Shown: positions 18,877 to 29,000, counted from the stretch's first letter. The stretch is 53,099 nt of DNA from Methylotenera sp. (GCA_049302535.1 JBAQME010000102.1:1-53099), one strand, 5' to 3'. Notes: a model not told the origin generated them from the letters alone. A program made the numbers and translations.

Positions 18877-19805
18877 CCGCTGTTTGGGGTGCAAATGGAT
18901 ATATAGGCAAGCATCTTGTATCAGCCTTAATTAATAGTGGCTATACAGTTAAGGTGCTGGTTCGGGATATTGCTTCGCTTTCTGAAGATTTGTTAAATCA
19001 AGTCGAGAAGCATGAAATTGACTTTACAAGTTCAATATCTGAAATTTCAAATGTATTAAGAGGCGTTCAAATTCTTTATTGCTGTGCAGGAAGTACAAAA
19101 CATGAGAAGTATGCTGAAGACTATGTATCTGCTTCAGAAAAGGTTATGTTGTCAGCAGTAAATTGCAGCATTAGGCGTGTTGTAATGTTAAGCACAGTAG
19201 CTGTTTATGGAAAAGCCGAAGAAGATATTATTAACACTAATTTTGCAATAAATCCTCAGACTCCATATGCAAAAGCTCGTGTTGCTAGTGAAAATGCCAT
19301 GATGGCAGTAGCTAAAGTTAATTCAATTCAACTATGTGTTGTAAGAATCCCTATGGTTATAGGTATTGGCATGACTAGCAAGGCTTTAAAATCTTTATTA
19401 AATAGCCTGGCATTTGGTTGTTTGTTTTTCCCAGGGTCAAAAAATGCCACTTTAAATTGTATTGGGATCAACAGAATTGTGATGATATTAGTTACGCTTG
19501 CCAATATTAAATTAACTGAAAACGTTATAGTTATGCAGTTTTCTGACAATGTGAAATGGGTAGATATTATTAAGCTTTATGCCAATTCAGCTAAAAAGAA
19601 AATAACTGTAGTACACATTTCAAAAGTTGTTTTGAAGTTTATATCTCTAATCACATTTAATAATTCTAATTTGAATAACATAATTCAGATACTTGGAAAT
19701 AAAACAAGATATCAAGATGATTCAACAAAGTTTTTGACAATCCAACAAAGCAATGATCAAACAATAAAAGATATAAATGAATATATAAATCTATATATTA
19801 AATAA
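18867..19805 (+). CDS. NAD-dependent epimerase/dehydratase family protein (extended SDR)
   Basis: GANGYIG Rossmann motif, LSTVAVYG, TPYAKAR (YxxxR variant) and R.P.V.G. Confidence 0.8.
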   Translation: MQVAAVWGANGYIGKHLVSALINSGYTVKVLVRDIASLSEDLLNQVEKHEIDFTSSISEISNVLRGVQILYCCAGSTKHEKYAEDYVSASEKVMLSAVNCSIRRVVMLSTVAVYGKAEEDIINTNFAINPQTPYAKARVASENAMMAVAKVNSIQLCVVRIPMVIGIGMTSKALKSLLNSLAFGCLFFPGSKNATLNCIGINRIVMILVTLANIKLTENVIVMQFSDNVKWVDIIKLYANSAKKKITVVHISKVVLKFISLITFNNSNLNNIIQILGNKTRYQDDSTKFLTIQQSNDQTIKDINEYINLYIK

Positions 19806-19843
19806 GTAGTATTTAATAATTAATTTGCGGATACGTAGTCCAT

Positions 19844-22804
19844 ATGGGGCATCATTTGACAATGAAACATAAGTGGTTTTTAAAAAACAATAAACTAAAT
19901 AATAAGCCTATTGCCATAATTTTGTGGGTAATATTTTTTTGTTATTCAGTATGCGCGGCCTTGATTTTTCAAAAAGTATTACTTTCGTTGATACCTTCGA
20001 TGCATGCTTCAGGTGGGCTTTTACCTAATGATTCAGCTTATTTTCATTCTGTTGCCGTGAATCTTGCTGAACAGATTCGGGTGTATGGTTGGAGTGCCTG
20101 GAAACTTTTTCCAACAGCAAGTGCATCTGGTAATACGGCTATGTTAGCCGCACTTTATCGACTATTTGGTTATGACCCAAGTCTGATTATACCAATTAAC
20201 GCCGCCATTCATGCATTAGGCGGCTTGCTTGTTTTTTATATAACACGAGAGGTGGCTACAAAAAATAATGTTGGAACTTATGCTGGCATTATTGCTGCGA
20301 TATTGTTTATTACTTTCCCTTCATCATTAAATTGGTATGGTCAAGTACATAAAGATGGTTATGTAATTGCAGGAACTTTACTTGTTTTGCTAACATGGCT
20401 GAAAGCCATTAACGGACAGGGTAGTAATCGTGCTTGGTTGCTAGTAATACTCGCTAATCTAGCTGGCGTATTTTTGGTCGGAAGTGTCCGTCCATACAAT
20501 TTAATTTTTATTTTGTTAGCTACTTTAGGGGCATTAATATTGTTGATGATACTTTATGCAATAAGGCGTCAATTATTAATAAACATTAAGACATTTATTT
20601 TCTTTTTAATAAGTTTAATGTTTATTAGTTATGCCATAAATTTAGTAGTTGATTTACGAGTGGAACAAATTGCCCAGGCAAATGGAGTGGCAGGAGTGGC
20701 ACAAACGGAGGCTGAATCATATTATAAAGATTGGCATAGTAAAAAAATGTGGCATTGGGAAAATTCCTCCTGGGTACCTAGCCGTCTTGAAGGTTATCTT
20801 GCTACCGCATCAAGAACAAGAGCTGCGTTAATTGAATATGGGCAAAGTGAAAATGCAAAATCCATCATTGATGAGAATATTACTCCGCAGAATGTAACTG
20901 AAATGGTGCACTTCTTGCCACGGGCTTTGCAGGTTGCAATGTTCGCTCCATTCCCTAATTCATGGTTTTCTCATCTTAGCCTTACTAGATTAATTGCAAC
21001 TGGTGAAATGCTTATTTATTACATCGCTATTTCAGGGGTTCTTTTATTGATATTTAATAATCGTAAACCTGGGGTTTTTATATGCATTTATTTTGCTGGT
21101 TTCTTTTTGCTAATTTATGGATATACATTAGCAAATCTTGGTAGTCTTTACCGCGTTCGCTATGCATACATTTTTGTTATGCTTTTGCTGGGTGTGCTTG
21201 GATGGGTAACATGGCTAGAAAAAACCAACCGTCTAAGGAAATTGTTTGATTTTTTGCGATCCCCCTTAGTAAAAAACGATTTAATTAATAATTTAGTTGA
21301 GATGGACCACAGGTCACATAGAAAGGCTGCTTTAAGTAGTGCAATTTTAGTTATGGGCTTAACTTTTTTATGTTTTCTAGGCCTTTTTCTACGTGATATT
21401 TTCATGGCGCATAAATTTGGTTTGACTCAAACGCTAGACAATTTTTATGTTGCATTAATTATTCCCATGTTTGTTGCTACTGTATTTTCAATTCCAATCG
21501 GTACTGCATTTATACCAGTTTATCTGGATTTAAAACAAAGAGTTAAGTCAAATGTTATTTCTGATTTAATTACTAAATTTTCATATTGGATAGCTGTTGT
21601 TTCATTGATAATTTGTTTAATACTATATAGCTTTGGTCCACATGTGCTATCTATACTATCTTTAAGTAAAAAACTTACAGACATGGCTGATTTAGCTAAA
21701 TTGTTACATTTGGCTTTACCGCTTCTTTTATTTAGTGGATTTGTGGTTTTAGGTAACGCAATATTAAATGCCCATGATAGAGCATTATTGGCAAGTGGTG
21801 CTCAATTGGTTGTTCCGATAGCAGCAATTTTTGCATTGTTCGTTTTTGGTGCGGACTATGGTGTGAATGCGGTTATGTATGGTATGGTAATAGGGCAAAT
21901 ATTGAATTTATTTATTGTACAGTTTGCGCTTAAGCGTTACCGGATTTCACTTATGCCAAAATTGATATCCTTTGATCGGAATCAATTTTCAGACTTTTTA
22001 AAGCAATATTTCCCACAAGTGATATCGGCATTATTTATTGCACTTGCAGTGCCAGTTGCAACCTTACTTGCTATGACTTTGCCTGCTGGGGCTGTCTCTG
22101 CATTCAATCTTGGGAGTAAGATTGTATTGTTTATAACTGGTTTAATTACTACTGCCATGTCTGCAGTGATACTTCCATATTTTTCTACACTGGTTGTTAA
22201 AAATCACATTGTCGCGGCTAGGCGTGAGCTTTCATTCTTTTTGCTGTTCTCAACTTTAATCTCAATACCTGTTACCTTTGGGATGTATGTTTATTCGGAT
22301 CATATTGTTCGCTTGTTGTTTGAAGGTGAAAATTTTGATGGAAATGCAATAAGCCAGGTGGTGCGTGTTATGCAGTATTCCATAGTGCAACTACCATTTT
22401 TTGTTTGTAATGCATTGTTGTTAAAATTTGCGGTAGCATCCAAACATACATTCGCTATATGTGTAGTGGCAATTATTGGATTATTGATTGCTATTGGCAG
22501 CAGTTTATTATTGATGAGCCATATGGGAGTGGCTGGTATTGCCTTTGGTACATCTATAGCTATGCTACTTTCAACAATTATCTTAGTATTAATATTAGTC
22601 AGATATTGGCATATTAATTATTTTGATGCACTGATTTTGTTATTAAGTTGGTTGCTGTTTATTACATTATTGATGTGTGTGCACTTCAAGAGTGTACCTA
22701 GTATTTATGCTACGACGTTAGCTTATATAGCGCTGGTCGTTGCTTATTTAAACTCATTAAAAATCAATAATATTTGCGAAGATGGATTGTTAATTGAAAA
22801 GTAA
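19844..22804 (+). CDS. Fusion: N-terminal multi-TM GT-C/Wzy-like domain plus C-terminal MurJ/MviN-type lipid-linked glycan flippase
   Basis: Single 986-aa ORF. N-half: DSAYFH, QVHKDG, RPY, FAPFP and NLGSLYRVR with TM helices and a large loop. C-half (from ~21320): LGLFLRDIFMAHKFG....DNFYVA..IP, AFIPVY, V.LPYFS, IVRLLFE...FD and G.AGIA, typical of MurJ. Start may be ATG 19862. Confidence 0.75.
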   Translation: MGHHLTMKHKWFLKNNKLNNKPIAIILWVIFFCYSVCAALIFQKVLLSLIPSMHASGGLLPNDSAYFHSVAVNLAEQIRVYGWSAWKLFPTASASGNTAMLAALYRLFGYDPSLIIPINAAIHALGGLLVFYITREVATKNNVGTYAGIIAAILFITFPSSLNWYGQVHKDGYVIAGTLLVLLTWLKAINGQGSNRAWLLVILANLAGVFLVGSVRPYNLIFILLATLGALILLMILYAIRRQLLINIKTFIFFLISLMFISYAINLVVDLRVEQIAQANGVAGVAQTEAESYYKDWHSKKMWHWENSSWVPSRLEGYLATASRTRAALIEYGQSENAKSIIDENITPQNVTEMVHFLPRALQVAMFAPFPNSWFSHLSLTRLIATGEMLIYYIAISGVLLLIFNNRKPGVFICIYFAGFFLLIYGYTLANLGSLYRVRYAYIFVMLLLGVLGWVTWLEKTNRLRKLFDFLRSPLVKNDLINNLVEMDHRSHRKAALSSAILVMGLTFLCFLGLFLRDIFMAHKFGLTQTLDNFYVALIIPMFVATVFSIPIGTAFIPVYLDLKQRVKSNVISDLITKFSYWIAVVSLIICLILYSFGPHVLSILSLSKKLTDMADLAKLLHLALPLLLFSGFVVLGNAILNAHDRALLASGAQLVVPIAAIFALFVFGADYGVNAVMYGMVIGQILNLFIVQFALKRYRISLMPKLISFDRNQFSDFLKQYFPQVISALFIALAVPVATLLAMTLPAGAVSAFNLGSKIVLFITGLITTAMSAVILPYFSTLVVKNHIVAARRELSFFLLFSTLISIPVTFGMYVYSDHIVRLLFEGENFDGNAISQVVRVMQYSIVQLPFFVCNALLLKFAVASKHTFAICVVAIIGLLIAIGSSLLLMSHMGVAGIAFGTSIAMLLSTIILVLILVRYWHINYFDALILLLSWLLFITLLMCVHFKSVPSIYATTLAYIALVVAYLNSLKINNICEDGLLIEK

Positions 22805-23921
22805 AGTTTGTTTTGTAGTCTCAAATGCAATGACCGTAAATTCGTTTTTACTTGAACCAATTATGTTATTAAGTAAAGTTTATGATGTATATATTGTGCT
22901 AAACGTAGAATCAAATAGTCCATTACAAAAGTTGGATAATGTCGCTAAAATAATTCCAATCAATATTCAAAGAAAGATTTCATTACGATCAGATTTTTTG
23001 GCGTTATGGCAGCTGTTTAAATTATTTCGTCAGTATAAATTTCAGATTGTGCATTCAGTAACTCCAAAAGCAGGATTGTTAGCAATGCTCGCATCTTTTT
23101 TTTCGGGAATAGGGGTTCGAGTCCATACATTTACTGGCCAAGTATGGGCTACTAAAACTGGGGTCAAACGTTGGGTATTTAAAAAAATTGATTTTTTAAT
23201 TGGTCTTTTAGCCACAAATATCTTGGTTGATAGCTTTTCACAAAGACAGTTTTTGATAAGTGAAAAAGTAATTTCAGATAATAAGTCTAGTGTTTTAGCG
23301 CAAGGCTCAATTGCAGGAGTTAATGTTCACCGATTTAAGCCAAATTTAATAATTAGAAGTAAAATTCGCCGAGAACTAAACGTTTCGGAAGGCCATATAA
23401 TAATACTATTTTTAGGTCGTCTAAATTTTGATAAAGGGGTGTTAGACTTAGCTAACGCTTTTAACAATTTAGAGAACAATAACGCACATTTGTTATTTGT
23501 AGGGCCGGATGAAGGTAATATAAAATCACAAATTCTAAAAATAATTGATAAAAGTTCTGATCGGGTACATTTTGTGGAGTTTACTGATTCACCTGAAAGC
23601 TATATGGCAGCTGCTGACTTGTTATGCTTACCTAGTTATCGAGAGGGATTTGGTAGCGTAATTATCGAAGCAGCGGCTGTGGGAATTCCTGCTGTTGGTT
23701 CTCGTATTTATGGGGTTGTCGATGCAATTTCAGAGTATGAAAGTGGGTTGCTGTTTACTCCAAGAAATGTCCCGGAATTGCAAAATTGCTTAAACAGGTT
23801 AACAGTAGATACTGATTATAGAATTGAGCTTGGCAAACAAGCATTTGATAGAGTTCAAAAGTATTTTACAAGTGAAAGTGTTGCAACATCCTGGTTAAAC
23901 TATTATCAGGCGAAACTATGA
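22794..23921 (+). CDS. Glycosyltransferase family 4
   Basis: HSVTPKAG, HTFTG, FLGRL..DKG and LPSYREGFG.VIIEA motifs. Confidence 0.9.
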   Translation: MKSKVCFVVSNAMTVNSFLLEPIMLLSKVYDVYIVLNVESNSPLQKLDNVAKIIPINIQRKISLRSDFLALWQLFKLFRQYKFQIVHSVTPKAGLLAMLASFFSGIGVRVHTFTGQVWATKTGVKRWVFKKIDFLIGLLATNILVDSFSQRQFLISEKVISDNKSSVLAQGSIAGVNVHRFKPNLIIRSKIRRELNVSEGHIIILFLGRLNFDKGVLDLANAFNNLENNNAHLLFVGPDEGNIKSQILKIIDKSSDRVHFVEFTDSPESYMAAADLLCLPSYREGFGSVIIEAAAVGIPAVGSRIYGVVDAISEYESGLLFTPRNVPELQNCLNRLTVDTDYRIELGKQAFDRVQKYFTSESVATSWLNYYQAKL

Positions 23922-24511
23922 AGCGATTCTTTGATTTTTTTTCTGCATTGGTAGCGATTATTTTATTGTTGCCGCTTATTGTTTTAATCGCGATAGTAGT
24001 TAAACTCAATCTAGGAAGTCCTATTTTTTTTCGCCAAACTAGGCCAGGGCGCCATGAAAAACCTTTTCAAATATATAAGTTCAGAACTATGCTGGACTTA
24101 TATGGTAAAGACGGAGAAATTTTATCTGATCAAAATCGTATAACAAGATTGGGTAATTTTTTAAGAAATTATAGTTTGGATGAATTACCACAGTTGTTTA
24201 ATGTGGTTAAAGGCAATTTAAGTCTTGTTGGGCCTAGACCTCTATTAATGGAATATTTGCCATTATATAACGCAGAACAGGCTCGACGTCATGAGGTGCG
24301 GCCTGGAATAACCGGTTGGGCTCAGGTTAATGGGCGGAATGCGATTACTTGGGATGAAAAATTTAAGTTAGATGTTTGGTATGTTGATAATCAGTCTTTC
24401 TGGCTTGATGTTAAAATACTCCTGCTAACAGTAAAAAAAGTGTTTTTACGTGATGGAATAAGTGCAGAAGGCGAGGCTACTATGCCACGTTTTACAGGAA
24501 ATAATACTTAG
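23918..24511 (+). CDS. Initiating phosphoglycosyltransferase (PglC/Bac_transf monotopic type)
   Basis: MKR.FD, FFRQ.RPG, KFRTM, SLDELPQL.NV.KG..SLVGPRP, RPGITGWAQVNGRN and D.WY motifs. Confidence 0.92.
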   Translation: MKRFFDFFSALVAIILLLPLIVLIAIVVKLNLGSPIFFRQTRPGRHEKPFQIYKFRTMLDLYGKDGEILSDQNRITRLGNFLRNYSLDELPQLFNVVKGNLSLVGPRPLLMEYLPLYNAEQARRHEVRPGITGWAQVNGRNAITWDEKFKLDVWYVDNQSFWLDVKILLLTVKKVFLRDGISAEGEATMPRFTGNNT

Positions 24512-25104
24512 TGAATTACTATATTTATGGTGCCGGTGGACATGGAAAAGTCGTGCTGGATGCAATGCGTAATGCAAAGGTCGAGTGTGCCGGTTTTATT
24601 GACGATAGGGAGCTTACGGTCAGTGCCGGTTTAAATGTTTATGGCACTTCTAGTTTGGAGCGTGGAGAAGCTACTTATTTACATTTAGCTATAGGCAATT
24701 GTAAAACAAGAGAAAAATTAGCAACATCCCTTCACATGTTTAATTTTTTTAGTGTGATTCATCCTGCCTCGGTAGTAGCAAGGACTTCGAAAGTTGGGGT
24801 GGGTTCTTTTTTAGCAGCATTATCAATTGTTGCCCCAGATGCAAAAATTGGGGTGCATTGCATTATTAATCATGCGGCTGTTGTGGACCATGATTGTACT
24901 GTAGGTGATTTTGTCCATGTTGCTCCACATGTAGGTTTGGGTGGCGGTGTCACCATTGGAAATGGTGTGTTAATTGGATCTGGTGCCGTGGTTTTGCCTG
25001 GATTGAAAATTGGTGATTATGCGGTTATAGGAGCTGGTGCCGTTGTCACTAAAAATGTATCTACCGGTACGACAGTAATTGGTAATCCTGCAAAAATTTT
25101 TTAA
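24511..25104 (+). CDS. PglD/NeuD-family sugar N-acetyltransferase
   Basis: IYGAGGHGKVV, AIGN...R, IHP.S, IINH.AVVDHDC and hexapeptide repeats ending GNPAK. Confidence 0.9.
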   Translation: MNYYIYGAGGHGKVVLDAMRNAKVECAGFIDDRELTVSAGLNVYGTSSLERGEATYLHLAIGNCKTREKLATSLHMFNFFSVIHPASVVARTSKVGVGSFLAALSIVAPDAKIGVHCIINHAAVVDHDCTVGDFVHVAPHVGLGGGVTIGNGVLIGSGAVVLPGLKIGDYAVIGAGAVVTKNVSTGTTVIGNPAKIF

Positions 25105-25127
25105 TAAATTATAAGAGTTGAAATTCA

Positions 25128-26339
25128 GTGTTACATCATCCTAAATTATCTCCATGGCCTCTCTATGAGGCAGACGAAATAGAAGCAGCAACACAAACTT
25201 TGGTTACAGGAAAGGTTAATTACTGGACCGGGGAGTTAGGTAAGCAATTTGAAACAGAGTATGCACAGTCTGTGGGTAGAAAATTTGGTATTGCTCTTTC
25301 AAATGGCACCGTTGCACTTGAACTGGCATTACGAGTTTTGGGTGTCAAAGCAGGTGATGAAGTAATAGTAACAAGTAGAAGTTATGTAGCATCTGCCAGC
25401 TGTGTAGTGCTTTTAGGGGCAATACCAGTTTTTGCTGATGTGGATTTTGATAGTGGGAATATTTCTGTTGAGACAATAGCCCCGCTAATTACAAAAAAAA
25501 CTAAAGCTATTATTCCTGTTCATATCGGTGGCTGGCCATGTGATATGTCTGCGATTATGGAGTTGGCTAGCCAGCATGGTTTAATGGTGGTAGAAGATTG
25601 CGCACAGGCTCATGGTGCATCTATTGGGGGAAAACCCGTTGGGGCGTGGGGGCATGCGTCAATTTTTAGTTTCTGTCAGGATAAAATTATTTCCACTGGA
25701 GGTGAAGGTGGGATGTTACTTTTAGATGATGTTGATGCTTACAAGCAGGCATGGGCATACAAAGATATCGGGCGTAGTTATGATGCTGTTTTTAATAAAG
25801 AACACCCTGTAGGTTTTAGATGGCTTACAGAAAGTGCTGGATCAAATTTTAGAATGACAGAATTTCAAGCTGCTATTGGACTGAAACAACTTGAAAAGCT
25901 GCCTGGTTGGATTGTAAAAAGAAACAATCATGCAAGCGCTATTATCAGTGTGTTAAAACAATTTAAATATTTAGATGTACCAGTAATTGCTGATGTAGAC
26001 GGCAATAAGAATGCTTATTACCGCCTTTACGCAAAAATTAAGTCTAATTTTAAAACGGTTACTTTAGGTGGTGAGTCTTTAAGAGATGCTGTTGTTAATC
26101 TATTAAACGAGGGCGGGGTTCCTTGTTTTTTTGGTGCTTGTTCGGAAATATATAGAGAAAAATTATTTATAGAGGGTGGATTTACACCAAAAATACAATG
26201 TGACAGTGCTCATTTTTTTTCTGAGCATGCCTTTTGTTTCTTAGTTCACCATACTATTACAAATCAAGAAATGAAATATATTACGGCAACAATTAAACTT
26301 GTTTTGTCGAAAATAGAAAATTTAATAGAGCATAAATAA
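25128..26339 (+). CDS. DegT/DnrJ-family UDP-4-keto-sugar aminotransferase (PglE-like role)
   Basis: SPWP...NYWTG, NGT.ALELAL, EDCAQAHGA, SFCQDKI..GGEGG and G.N.RMTE.Q motifs. Confidence 0.9.
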   Translation: MLHHPKLSPWPLYEADEIEAATQTLVTGKVNYWTGELGKQFETEYAQSVGRKFGIALSNGTVALELALRVLGVKAGDEVIVTSRSYVASASCVVLLGAIPVFADVDFDSGNISVETIAPLITKKTKAIIPVHIGGWPCDMSAIMELASQHGLMVVEDCAQAHGASIGGKPVGAWGHASIFSFCQDKIISTGGEGGMLLLDDVDAYKQAWAYKDIGRSYDAVFNKEHPVGFRWLTESAGSNFRMTEFQAAIGLKQLEKLPGWIVKRNNHASAIISVLKQFKYLDVPVIADVDGNKNAYYRLYAKIKSNFKTVTLGGESLRDAVVNLLNEGGVPCFFGACSEIYREKLFIEGGFTPKIQCDSAHFFSEHAFCFLVHHTITNQEMKYITATIKLVLSKIENLIEHK

Positions 26340-28246
26340 TGCGAAAATTTAATCAGATTAATTCAAGAACATCATTTGCACTATTACATGATATTGCTGC
26401 AGCCATTTTGGCATGGGGGTTTTCATATTTATTGCGTTTTAATTTTTCAATACCGAATGAATTTACTTATTCAATTTTTATAACGTCTTTATGGGTAGCT
26501 TTGCTCCAAGGTTTTGTTTTTATTGGGTTTGGTTTATATCGAGGTGTTTGGCGGTTTGCAAGCGTTTCGGATCTTAAACGTATTCTATACGCTGTAACAT
26601 CAGCTGCTGTATTAGTTGCAGCTCTACTTTTTATGTTAAGTTCCGAAGTTACGGTTCCGCGATCAGTATTAATTTTAGATCCACTCTTACTCATTTTAAT
26701 GATGGGAGGAAGCCGTTTTGCGTATCGGGCTTGGAAAGAGCATCAGCTTTATGGCATGACCCTGAAACAAGGTAATCCAGTGATTGTATTAGGGGCTGGT
26801 GAAGCTGCAGTTGCTTTGGTGAAGGATTTAGCGCGTAGTACACAATGGCGTGTTATCGGTTTGCTGGATGATGATAGAAGTATGATTGGTCGTGAAATTT
26901 TTGGTGTGAAAGTACTAGGTTCGATCAAGCGATTAGTGGATATTTATGAACGACTAGGTGTTAGTCATGCGATAGTAGCAATGCCATCTGCGAATCATCA
27001 AAAGCGTCGGCAAGCTATTGAGCTTGCAAATCAGCTTGGTTTAGAGGTGTTAACAGTGCCTGCAATAGACGATTTGATGAGTGGCAAAGTAAGTATTTCT
27101 CAAATTCGTAAAGTAGATGTGGAGGATTTGCTAGGTCGTGATGCAGTTAAGCTTGATAACTCAGGGTTGCAGAAGCTGATTGATGGACAAGCCGTGTTAG
27201 TAAGTGGGGCAGGGGGGTCAATTGGCTCTGAACTTTGTCGGCAGATTGTTAAATTTAACCCAAGCGTGTTGGTTTGTTTGGATATTTCAGAGTTTTCCCT
27301 TTATCAACTGGAGCAGGAGTTAAGCTCACTGAAGTTAGCCACTAAACTCGTTTATATGACTTGCGATGTTAAAAACAAGGTACGGATCGACAATTTATTA
27401 GCACAATACTCACCGTCGGTAGTATTTCATGCGGCGGCTTATAAACATGTACCAATGATGGAAAATGGTAATGTTTGGGAGGCATTATCAAACAATGTGA
27501 TTGGTACGCATACGCTAGCTCAGGCGTGCAAAGAGGCTGGAGTAACAAAATTTGTTTTAATTTCAACCGATAAGGCTGTTAACCCGACCAATGTGATGGG
27601 GGCAAGCAAACGTTTGGCTGAAATGGTGTGCCAGGGTTTACAAGAAAACCGCTCAAATGAAGAGGCTGAGGTCACACGTTTTGTGATTGTGCGCTTTGGT
27701 AATGTATTAGGTAGCAGTGGCAGCGTGATTCCAAAGTTCCGTGAGCAAATTGCCAAGGGAGGACCAATAACCATTACGCATCCTGAAATTACTCGCTATT
27801 TTATGTCGATTCCTGAAGCTGCGCAGTTGGTGATGCAAGCGGGCTTGATGGGCAAAGGTGGAGAGATTTTTGTGCTTGATATGGGGGAGCCAGTTAAAAT
27901 TGCCACCTTAGCAGCAGATATGATTAGGTTATCTGGTTTGCAAACAGATGAAATTAAAATTGAATATGTAGGTTTGCGCCCTGGGGAAAAACTCTATGAG
28001 GAGTTATTAGCAGATGATGAGAATACGTTGCCTACGCCTCATGAAAAGCTGCGTATTGCGCAGGCTAGAAAAGCGGATGCTGCATGGGTGAAGAAGCTTT
28101 TGAAGTGGATTGAGGGTTCTCATAGTGCTAATGAAAGCCATATAAAAACAGAGTTGACCGGCTGGGTAGAAGAGTACAGTCCGCAAATTCAAACCATGCT
28201 AGAAGTTCGCACTTCAATTTCGGGTGAACAGGTTATCGTGCACTAA
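26339..28246 (+). CDS. Membrane-bound UDP-GlcNAc 4,6-dehydratase (PglF/WbpM/CapD family)
   Basis: N-terminal TM helices; EDLLGR, GAGGSIGSEL, HAAAYKHVP, STDKAVNPTNVMGASKR, VRFGNVLGS and GLRPGEKLYEEL. Confidence 0.93.
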   Translation: MRKFNQINSRTSFALLHDIAAAILAWGFSYLLRFNFSIPNEFTYSIFITSLWVALLQGFVFIGFGLYRGVWRFASVSDLKRILYAVTSAAVLVAALLFMLSSEVTVPRSVLILDPLLLILMMGGSRFAYRAWKEHQLYGMTLKQGNPVIVLGAGEAAVALVKDLARSTQWRVIGLLDDDRSMIGREIFGVKVLGSIKRLVDIYERLGVSHAIVAMPSANHQKRRQAIELANQLGLEVLTVPAIDDLMSGKVSISQIRKVDVEDLLGRDAVKLDNSGLQKLIDGQAVLVSGAGGSIGSELCRQIVKFNPSVLVCLDISEFSLYQLEQELSSLKLATKLVYMTCDVKNKVRIDNLLAQYSPSVVFHAAAYKHVPMMENGNVWEALSNNVIGTHTLAQACKEAGVTKFVLISTDKAVNPTNVMGASKRLAEMVCQGLQENRSNEEAEVTRFVIVRFGNVLGSSGSVIPKFREQIAKGGPITITHPEITRYFMSIPEAAQLVMQAGLMGKGGEIFVLDMGEPVKIATLAADMIRLSGLQTDEIKIEYVGLRPGEKLYEELLADDENTLPTPHEKLRIAQARKADAAWVKKLLKWIEGSHSANESHIKTELTGWVEEYSPQIQTMLEVRTSISGEQVIVH

Positions 28247-28310
28247 ATCTGGATGTATTTTACAGCAAAGTGCTACCTGTAAAAATTTTAGAACATTTAA
28301 TACTTAATAT

Positions 28311-28352
28311 TTGAAACTTGAAACTTGAAACTTGAAACTTGAAACTTGAAAC
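28311..28352 (+). repeat. Heptanucleotide tandem repeat (TTGAAAC)x6
   Basis: Six perfect units, 42 bp, ending 4 nt before the likely hpt start. Confidence 0.95.
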
Positions 28353-28356
28353 TAAA

Positions 28357-28896
28357 TTGAACACACCACAACCACTACAGTTACTTGAGCAGGCAGACCT
28401 TATTCATTCTTCTGATGTGGTGGAAGCTGCGATTGCTAGATTAAGCCATGAAATTTCTCAAGTACTCGGAAACACTTCTCCTGTTATTATTTGCGTGATG
28501 GGTGGCGGTATTGTGTTTGCAGGCCAGTTATTAACACAACTTAAGTTCCCGCTAGAATTAGACTATGTCCATGCTAGTCGCTATCAAACCGGAATAGTAG
28601 GTAAAACGCTGCATTGGCAATCTTTGCCTAAATTGGATTTAACCAATCGTACCGTATTATTAGTTGATGATATTTTGGATGAAGGTATCACTTTAAAAGC
28701 GATACAGGAAAAGTGTTATGAATTAGGTGCAGCACAAGTATTTTCTGCGGTTTTGGTTGAAAAAGCGCTTGATCACGTTAAGCCGGTTTCAGCTGACTTT
28801 GTCGGACTGGTGGTGCCAAACCGTTATGTGTTTGGTTATGGGATGGATGCTTATGGCTGGTGGCGTAATTTACCAGCAATTTATGCGATGAAATAG
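28357..28896 (+). CDS. hpt: Hypoxanthine-guanine phosphoribosyltransferase
   Basis: LDYVHASRY, PRPP loop VLLVDDILDEGITL and VPNRYVFGYGMD. Start TTG 28357 (alternative TTG 28339 inside the repeat). Confidence 0.88.
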   Translation: MNTPQPLQLLEQADLIHSSDVVEAAIARLSHEISQVLGNTSPVIICVMGGGIVFAGQLLTQLKFPLELDYVHASRYQTGIVGKTLHWQSLPKLDLTNRTVLLVDDILDEGITLKAIQEKCYELGAAQVFSAVLVEKALDHVKPVSADFVGLVVPNRYVFGYGMDAYGWWRNLPAIYAMK

Positions 28897-29000
28897 CCAA
28901 TTTTTCCCGTTTTTCTTTCTGCCATACACATAGTTGTAAAATTGACACAACAGTCGACTTAATAACATTTAAATCAAATAACTCCCCCTGGTCTTATTTA

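Noticed and set aside
23918..25104. Frameshifted Neisseria-type bifunctional PglB pseudogene
   Set aside because: Both ORFs look complete and are joined by a normal TAG/GTG 1-nt overlap; separate genes are the common arrangement.
28311..28352. CRISPR array (TTGAAAC resembles the 3' end of some CRISPR repeats)
   Set aside because: Units are 7 bp and contiguous, with no spacers and no cas genes; it is a microsatellite.
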